From an uncultured delta proteobacterium (GTDB taxonomy: Bacteria > Desulfobacterota > Syntrophobacteria > BM002): a DNA stretch of 64,000 bases. This document shows, piece by piece, positions 57,578 through 64,000 of this stretch. The notes beneath the pieces are model-generated. The model was not told the origin of the DNA. It made no database searches and worked only from the letters and a program-made list of their open reading frames with translations. Within the stretch, counting starts at the first letter, position 1, and each line of letters opens with the position of its first letter. The translations under genes and the position numbers were made by a program. The stretch lies in contig CAVQGX010000006.1 of NCBI GenBank assembly GCA_963712115.1, forward strand, positions 1-64,000, in the 5' to 3' direction.

Positions 57578-58852
57578 CTAGAACCTCCAGGTAAAGGCGA
57601 AACTAAGACTGTCTTCGGACAGCTTAGATTTCAACTTTGCACTTGAGCCATCTGGGGCTGTGCCACTTTCAGAAAGTTCGTTCTCGAAGGCATGCATGTA
57701 AGACAAATTGAGCACTAAACTCTCACCAAGCTCATACCCTACGCCTGCAGCTATGTGGTGTTCCACCACGGCGGGGAACCCTATGACTCTAAAGCTTTCA
57801 TAGTAGTAACGTGGTAGGCTTTTACCCTGAACATTGACGAAATCTGGTGGGCCTAAGAGACTCCCATTCCAGTTATCGTGATCGTCTACTGGATTCTCCG
57901 CATAATTATAACCTACGCGGAAAAATACATGGTCGATGGCTTCCCATTGCCCCCCGACAGCGAAGACCCACTGGTCGTTCCAATCGAAATCCTCATAACC
58001 GTCGGCATCCGACCAGTTTATATATTTCACATTGGTCTCGAGCAACACTCTGGCCTTGAGAAACTCGTAGGCAACACCCAAGCCAACCTCCTGTGGCTGT
58101 TCCAAGGTTAGATTCTGTCTACGACCATTCCCGCTAAAATCGTAGACGTGATTGTATGTTGCCTTCTGCGGCGAGGTGTAGACCAGGCCAAGGGTTAGTT
58201 GATCGATAGGTTTGTAGGTACCCCCAAGTTTAATCCCATAGGAATAGGCAGCAACCGTACCGTCACCCAGGTCGAGGGTTGAGTAGTTGATCTGAAAAGA
58301 CGTGCCCACTGAAAGATTCGGCAGAACCTGGTAAGCAATGGTGGGGGCGAATTTCATTAACTGTAGATTAGTGTACGTTCCTGCGGCAAGGGGCTGAGTC
58401 CCCCCAAAGAAGTACCCCGATTGATCGAGAGCGGTGTCCCGGTAATCCACCCCAAGACCGGAAACGCCATAGGCTGAAAGGCCGAATCTCCATCTGGCAT
58501 CAGGTCCACCTATGGGAACGGAAAATCCTATTGCGGGAATAGCATAATTTTGATCCCGAGCATCAGCCTTGAAGGTCTGCCCCGAAGCAGTGACTTCAGC
58601 CTTTGGCTCCGGCATAAAAATTGTCCCGGCAAAGTCAAACTGGGAACTGGGGCAGTATGGACCGAAACACATGGCCGACGGGTTGGAAAAAACCGCACTG
58701 ATGGCATCCTGCGGGGCAGCTATACCCACACCACCCATTGACCTGGAAGTAGGGCCAATGCCAATCAACTGCTGACCATTCGTCGCAAAAGCAGCCGGCG
58801 ACAATGTGGCAATGAGCATAACAGCTAGCAATACGGTTAATAGCTTTCGCAT
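57578..58852 (-). CDS. FadL/OmpP1-family outer-membrane channel
   Basis: Signal peptide, ATNG..IG..SRSMGG..A..NP hatch, and C-terminal Phe. Confidence 0.88.
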   Translation of the reverse strand: MRKLLTVLLAVMLIATLSPAAFATNGQQLIGIGPTSRSMGGVGIAAPQDAISAVFSNPSAMCFGPYCPSSQFDFAGTIFMPEPKAEVTASGQTFKADARDQNYAIPAIGFSVPIGGPDARWRFGLSAYGVSGLGVDYRDTALDQSGYFFGGTQPLAAGTYTNLQLMKFAPTIAYQVLPNLSVGTSFQINYSTLDLGDGTVAAYSYGIKLGGTYKPIDQLTLGLVYTSPQKATYNHVYDFSGNGRRQNLTLEQPQEVGLGVAYEFLKARVLLETNVKYINWSDADGYEDFDWNDQWVFAVGGQWEAIDHVFFRVGYNYAENPVDDHDNWNGSLLGPPDFVNVQGKSLPRYYYESFRVIGFPAVVEHHIAAGVGYELGESLVLNLSYMHAFENELSESGTAPDGSSAKLKSKLSEDSLSFAFTWRF

Positions 58853-59104
58853 AAATCACTCCTTTCCTCTTTTAGAATTAAGGTAACCTGATATCCATCA
58901 ATTGACCCTCTCACCCCCTTTTCATTTAAAATATTTCACTAGCAGGCTGCTAGATAAACTTGTTTCTAATCGGGACAAGGTTCACGCTATGAACTTTATC
59001 CCTGAAACAAATAAATATTGCCACAACCTAGGTTGTCAGTTTCATTTGGAATCGATTTTATCGATTCTTCGCAGGAGAAATTGGTGCTCTATATGAAAAA
59101 TCCG

Positions 59105-59596
59105 TTAGACCATCTGATTCTTAACGGCTTCCATGCTTGCTCGGAGTATTTCGAGGCAGGAAATGACCATTTTACGCTGTTCGGGCTCGAATTCTAGCAG
59201 TAACCTCTGGTGCAGGTCTTTGGTGACATCGTTTAATTCTCTGGATTGCTTTTGGCCTTTACTGGTAAGCCCGATCAGCTTGACCCTGGCATCTTTGGGG
59301 TCGTCTATGCTTTCAACCAATCTTTTCTGAAGCAAACCATTGATGATCTTGGTGACGCGACTTTTAGCAACATCCAGCCTTTGGGAAATTCCTTTGGCAG
59401 TTAGATACCTTTCCTCGCCGAAAAGCATCAAACATCGCAGTTCTGCCTCGGGAATGTCGAATTTTTTCGAGAGAAATGAGGTCCGCTCTTTGCAGCATTG
59501 GACAACCTCTGCGATGAGGTCCTCCAATTTCTGGCTTTGATAATCTAGCAAAACATCATTGGAATTTGTTTCTCGATCATTCATAGTGTTAAGCAT
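59105..59596 (-). CDS. MarR family regulator
   Basis: KSRVTKIINGL..LV....DPKDAR...LTSKG. Confidence 0.92.
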   Translation of the reverse strand: MLNTMNDRETNSNDVLLDYQSQKLEDLIAEVVQCCKERTSFLSKKFDIPEAELRCLMLFGEERYLTAKGISQRLDVAKSRVTKIINGLLQKRLVESIDDPKDARVKLIGLTSKGQKQSRELNDVTKDLHQRLLLEFEPEQRKMVISCLEILRASMEAVKNQMV

Positions 59597-59778
59597 ATTA
59601 GCGATTATTAGAATTCTCAGTCAAGAAAATTTTTAAACAAAATTTCAAATTTACTAAAAATATAGTAAAATTAAATATATATAAAATAACTATTTAATTC
59701 ACTCCCATTATTATTTAAGTACATATCGTGAACCAATATTCCGACAAATCCCTGGTCTCGATTCTTCGAGTACAATAG

Positions 59779-59991
59779 TTGTTGATCCCGTAAAAACCCA
59801 CTAATGATACGGCACAGTAAAAAGCTCCAGATGCAAGGCGCGCGAAACTGGGAACCCGCCACAAAGTGGTGGGACTGAGCGGAGCGCAGCGAGCGCGAAT
59901 AATCTTTAGGAATGAGGCGTACTTACAGGTACGCCGCAATGACTAAAGATGAAGCGCAACACAGCAGATGGACTTTTTACGAAGCCGTCAA
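59779..59991. mobile_element. MITE-like element with CGTAAAAA..CA terminal IRs
   Basis: TTG..G.TCCCGTAAAAACCCA / TGGACTTTTTACGAAGCCGTCAA ends and an internal GGCGTAC..GTACGCC hairpin. No ORF of value. Confidence 0.7.
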
Positions 59992-60071
59992 TGGTTGGGA
60001 AGGATCTGAGAACCCCTTTGGCACTCTTCTTGCTCACCTAGCCCTACCAAGTAAACCCTCGGAGCACCAAG

Positions 60072-62573
60072 GTGGACGTAGTGGATACGGGGCAACTAAC
60101 CCTCGAGAATGTGCCAGGTGGAAAAAGCGAAGAAGCTGTAGCCTCCTATTTAGCCAAGCTTTTCAAAAGTGTTTCTCGGGACAAGTTGGTTGGCTTGATC
60201 AGGAGAGCGCCTGTTGTCTTGAGCAGAAACGTGCCTGCCGCAACTGCCAGGAAGATTATCGCCGAACTGCAAAGGCTCGGTGCCACGGCAGTCTATGTTC
60301 CCAATGGTTCAGAACAAACCAGAACAACAGAGGAGAAAACATCTGGTGCAGATCTTGGCATGCCAATTCTGCAAGCCTTCCAGGGTGATCTTCCTCGTGT
60401 ACCGGTTTCCCCTTTGTACAATCTTGGTCTTACCCTGGTTGCTTTTGCCATGCTGCTTTTACCGCTCATCTATCTGGGGCTAATCACCGGAGTTGTCTAT
60501 CTCCTCTACTACCATGCCACGGAAAACATAGAGTTATTGCAGAGGCTCACTAGCGGTAGAGCTGCAATTTTTGTTTACCTGGCACCGATGGTGGTAGGAA
60601 GTTTGCTCGTGCTTTTTATGATAAAGCCGCTCTTTGTCCGGCGAGCTTGGTACATCAGGCCCAGCAAAATAGAACGGCAAGATGAACCCCTCCTCTTTGC
60701 CTTTGTGGAAAAGCTTTGCAATCGAGTGGGCGCACCCATGCCAAGTGAAATGCACCTGGACATTAACGTGAACGCCTCGGCCAGTTTCCGGCGGGGCCTT
60801 TTGAGTATTTTTGCTAATGACCTCGTCCTCACCATTGGCCTACCTTTGGCTGCAGGACTTAACCTTCACCAGTTCGCCGGGATTCTGGCCCATGAGTTCG
60901 GCCATTTCGCCCAGGCCACCGGAATGCGGGTCACCTACATTATTCGCTCGATCAACTTTTGGTTCGAGCGAGTAGTTTATGAGGAAGACGAGTGGGATGA
61001 GCGCATCCGTCGCTGGAGCCGGAACTGGGATTTCCGCATTGGCATAATCCTGTTAATAGCCCGGCTCTTTATCTGGATTACTCGCAAGATCCTTTGGGTG
61101 CTAATGCTTTTCGGTCATGCCATCAGCAGTTTCATGCTTCGGCAGATGGAGTACGACGCGGATCGATATGAAACCCATCTTGTGGGCTCGGAGGTCTTCG
61201 AATCCACTACCCAAAGAATGGTAGAGCTATCCCTGGCCCATGAGTGGGCCTTTCAGGATCTGGGAAACGCTTGGGAGGAAGGGCGCTTGGTTGACAACCT
61301 CCCAGCCCTGATCCTGGCCAATGAGAGACAAATACCCGAAGATGTCAGGCAGAAGGTCCTGAAAGCCCACCTGATAGATGCTCGCACCGGCCTTTTCCAC
61401 ACTCATCCTTGCGATCTAGACCGTATCACCAGCGCCCGAAAGCTCAAAGCCCAACCCTTATTCAAACTGGATCTCTCCCATGGGAAAATTCAAAGTCATA
61501 TAGAGCAGGCAAGAACAAGGTACACGGCAAAGGTTTTTACTTCTTCTCCCCCCGCCTCAATCCTGTTTAAAGATTTTGGCGCTCGAGCCCACAGGGTTTC
61601 TCTGGATTATTACCGCGGTGTCTTCGGCAAAGAGGTCATGCCAAAAAATCTTGTAAGCGTGGAGGCCATGGTGAAAAGCCATGACCAGGAGTGGGAATAT
61701 TCCAGAGCCCTGAACCGCTTTTCCCAGGGTCAGTTTACCGTGCTAAGACCAATAGGCCTGCCTCAAAATTGCCTCCAGGCCACGGTCGATTACAACAAGA
61801 TTCCCCCAAAGCTCAAGTCTGCCCGAGAACTCATCATCAGTTCTGCAGGGGACTACGATCAGAGGCTCAAAAGATTCAACAGCCTGGAAATTCGTATAAT
61901 GGAGGCTTTCCAGAATCGAGCCCTCTTGGACGGTGGCCTCCACCTATCCGCCGCCGAGGTTAAAGCCATGGAAAAAGTTTTTCAGGAGGTAGAGCAGGGA
62001 CAACGTCTGGCCGTCATAGATGAACTCAATTCCTTTGAGAAGCTCCTGCGCGCTCGTATGACAGGTGCTCTGCAGCTACTCAACGTCCAGAGCGTAGTTG
62101 CTAAGATTGACAATGGTGAAGACCCGAAACAGACAGCCGAAAGATTTATAAAAACTGCCCATGCTGTGGAAAACCAACTCACGGCTGTAAGAGATCTTCA
62201 AATTGCCTATCAGCAGTTGGCTGTGCTGGTAAACCGCTTGGAAGGAGAAGAGAACAACGAAAAACTGGTGCGACAGGTGCGGTTAAAAATGGAGGATTTA
62301 CGACAGATCCTTGCTCGTCTCAGAAGATTGCTCATGGATATAACCTACCCCTTCGAACACACTCAAGCTCAGATGACCTTGGGTGAGTTCGCCATTACGA
62401 ATGTGCCTGGCAAAGATGAGCTAGGACCACTTCTTGAAGTGGCCTATGAGGCGGTAGACAGGCTCTTCAGGGTTTACGTTCGCCTAGTTGGCAGGCTTGC
62501 CCACTTGGCAGAATTGGTGGAAAACGGACTAGGTCTCCCCCCCCTGCCAGAACCACCCCAACAACACAACTAA
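60072..62573 (+). CDS. M48 (HtpX/Ste24-like) zinc metallopeptidase with extra N- and C-terminal domains
   Basis: AHEFGH, RQMEYDAD and HTHP; TM helices. The N-terminal APVVLSRNV..A..I..EL..LGA segment resembles L7/L12-CTD. Confidence 0.88.
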   Translation: MDVVDTGQLTLENVPGGKSEEAVASYLAKLFKSVSRDKLVGLIRRAPVVLSRNVPAATARKIIAELQRLGATAVYVPNGSEQTRTTEEKTSGADLGMPILQAFQGDLPRVPVSPLYNLGLTLVAFAMLLLPLIYLGLITGVVYLLYYHATENIELLQRLTSGRAAIFVYLAPMVVGSLLVLFMIKPLFVRRAWYIRPSKIERQDEPLLFAFVEKLCNRVGAPMPSEMHLDINVNASASFRRGLLSIFANDLVLTIGLPLAAGLNLHQFAGILAHEFGHFAQATGMRVTYIIRSINFWFERVVYEEDEWDERIRRWSRNWDFRIGIILLIARLFIWITRKILWVLMLFGHAISSFMLRQMEYDADRYETHLVGSEVFESTTQRMVELSLAHEWAFQDLGNAWEEGRLVDNLPALILANERQIPEDVRQKVLKAHLIDARTGLFHTHPCDLDRITSARKLKAQPLFKLDLSHGKIQSHIEQARTRYTAKVFTSSPPASILFKDFGARAHRVSLDYYRGVFGKEVMPKNLVSVEAMVKSHDQEWEYSRALNRFSQGQFTVLRPIGLPQNCLQATVDYNKIPPKLKSARELIISSAGDYDQRLKRFNSLEIRIMEAFQNRALLDGGLHLSAAEVKAMEKVFQEVEQGQRLAVIDELNSFEKLLRARMTGALQLLNVQSVVAKIDNGEDPKQTAERFIKTAHAVENQLTAVRDLQIAYQQLAVLVNRLEGEENNEKLVRQVRLKMEDLRQILARLRRLLMDITYPFEHTQAQMTLGEFAITNVPGKDELGPLLEVAYEAVDRLFRVYVRLVGRLAHLAELVENGLGLPPLPEPPQQHN

Positions 62574-62601
62574 TCCAACAATATCAAAAATTTCCTAACA
62601 T

Positions 62602-62671
62602 TTTTACCCACTGGTTACCGTGTAAAAAATGGGTAAATTTACCCACTTCTTACACGGTAAGTTTTGGGTAA
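62602..62671. promoter_or_regulatory. 70-bp TTACCCA/TGGGTAA palindrome (copy 2)
   Basis: Two 35-bp units as at 40791-40860, just upstream of a sigma-54 promoter. Confidence 0.65.
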
Positions 62672-62699
62672 AGTTGGTTTCTCTACTATCCATCTAAAC

Positions 62700-62715
62700 T
62701 GGCACGGCTATTGCA
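62700..62715 (+). promoter_or_regulatory. Sigma-54 promoter TGGCAC-GGCTA-TTGCA
   Basis: Perfect consensus, 47 nt before the ATG at 62763. Confidence 0.8.
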
Positions 62716-62762
62716 CTAATAGGTTTCGGCTTAAACCACCTTGAGAAAGGCACTAGGTTCCC

Positions 62763-64000
62763 ATGAAAAAGAGCCTAACTGATACAGACGTCTTTCTTCG
62801 CACCTCGCGAGCAGATGATCCCCACAGGGAGATCAAAGCCCAACTCGCCCAGTTTCTCCTCGCCCTTATTCAAGCCTTTCTCCGCACCGGTTACTACACT
62901 TCAGATCACCCTGAAGCGCAAAAAGCCAAGGTAGGACTGTACGAAGATTTTCAAGGTCTTTTCTCTCAAAGGGACGAGCTTACCTTCCTCATTCGCGAGG
63001 AACCCGAAGGGAAAAACATCTTAATCGAAGGGGTGTTGCCAGAGATCCAAGACCTCAATAGTCTCATGATAGAGGGGATGGCAGAGATGTATGTCCCCAG
63101 ATTTGCCAAATTCCTTGAGCAGAAAGACCTTATCAGTTTGACTCTTAAAAACGCCATGACTCCGACGGAATTCACCAGTTTCGTTGACATCATGAGCGAA
63201 CCGAGTTTTGTTGATACCAGAGGCAAGGGCGATAAAGAACGATTCAGCCGAACCGTACAAGAGAAAGAAATTGTTAACATCTCCTACATCTACAATGAAG
63301 AACTCGTCACCGTGCGGAACATCCCTTGGCGAGCTCAAATCGCCCTCACTCGTCTCAAGAAAGACTTCAGTATGGTCCCCTATTTCACCGACCTCGACCT
63401 TGAAGGGCTGAGGAAAGTCAGAAGGCAAATCATTCAGGACCTGATTCGACCTCTGCGAAACGCTGAAGCTATCTATTATATTTTGACCAACAGTGATCTA
63501 GCCGTAACCGAGGAATTCAAGGAGGCCGAGATCGACCAAGAAATAATAGAGTGTCTTTCTGATGATCTTCTCGCTCAGGCATCCCGGGCACTGCTCAAGG
63601 AGGCCTTCCGTCGGGGGGAGACAGAACCTGCACAAGGGAAGGCAGTAGAACTTGCCAAAGACCTTGCCCATACCCTCAATCTAAGGAAAGTTGATGGCAG
63701 GGAGTCCATTCTGGAAGAGTACGTCAAGCACAAGCTCATTTCTGCTGATCAGTTGCCAGCGGAGATGCAGCATCAGATCAGGCTTGAGCAGCTAACCAAA
63801 AGAATTCTCCAGGACAGCAACTCTATTCTCGTCCAGCTAGACAAAATTCAGGACGAAGAAAAGTATCTGCGAGTGGCCCGAACTCTTGGGGCAATTATGC
63901 CTGAATTGACCCGAAGAGATCATTATGAGCCAATCCTCGAAATCATCAATTGTTTCGATCGACACCTGAGTGAGAAAAAGGAGTTTTCCAACTGCGCCGC
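62763..64000 (+). CDS. Large helical hypothetical protein (possibly HEAT-repeat type), runs off the window; missing from the ORF track
   Basis: Frame MKKSLTDTDV..ALIQAFLRTGYYTSDHPEAQKA appears open to the window end. The Y..DHP N-terminal pattern is typical of deltaproteobacterial HEAT-repeat proteins. Confidence 0.7.
   Translation, partial: MKKSLTDTDVFLRTSRADDPHREIKAQLAQFLLALIQAFLRTGYYTSDHPEAQKAKVGLYEDFQGLFSQRDELTFLIREEPEGKNILIEGVLPEIQDLNSLMIEGMAEMYVPRFAKFLEQKDLISLTLKNAMTPTEFTSFVDIMSEPSFVDTRGKGDKERFSRTVQEKEIVNISYIYNEELVTVRNIPWRAQIALTRLKKDFSMVPYFTDLDLEGLRKVRRQIIQDLIRPLRNAEAIYYILTNSDLAVTEEFKEAEIDQEIIECLSDDLLAQASRALLKEAFRRGETEPAQGKAVELAKDLAHTLNLRKVDGRESILEEYVKHKLISADQLPAEMQHQIRLEQLTKRILQDSNSILVQLDKIQDEEKYLRVARTLGAIMPELTRRDHYEPILEIINCFDRHLSEKKEFSNCA

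Overview
The window has two unrelated parts joined at about 6,425. Bases 1-6,424 are eukaryotic, most like a diatom or other stramenopile. They hold a decayed sulfotransferase-like gene, an Alba-domain gene, an HRDMSLEN-type Ser/Thr kinase and a truncated PPR gene, with five short (73-84 nt) GT-AG introns. Bases ~6,425-64,000 are bacterial, in the style of Desulfobacterota/Syntrophobacteria. They begin with a ~34-kb sigma-54-driven signalling/transport island: 9 stand-alone receivers, 2 bEBPs, 6 histidine-kinase-like genes (two with a degenerate ATPase domain), a PEP-synthase-like protein lacking its pyruvate barrel, 2 DASS and 2 TSUP transporters, and USP/CBS proteins. A recurrent '(M)xAxTFAE(A)G...A' peptide motif appears in three adjacent genes there. 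Miscellaneous metabolic genes follow (FmdE-family, atypical ALDH, thioesterase, bacterial Clp1, qor, DsrE2/FadL/MarR, M48 protease). The most unusual signal is non-coding. Many intergenic spacers are nested mosaics of inverted 7-9-nt tandem-repeat arms and hairpin elements. These include a two-copy ~250-bp hairpin with compensatory substitutions, a three-copy element with conserved ends but exchanged repeat cargo, and a two-copy 70-bp palindrome. No rRNA, tRNA, CRISPR array or transposase was seen. Several 1-nt frameshifts suggest assembly indel errors. All family assignments come from motif recognition, not database searches.
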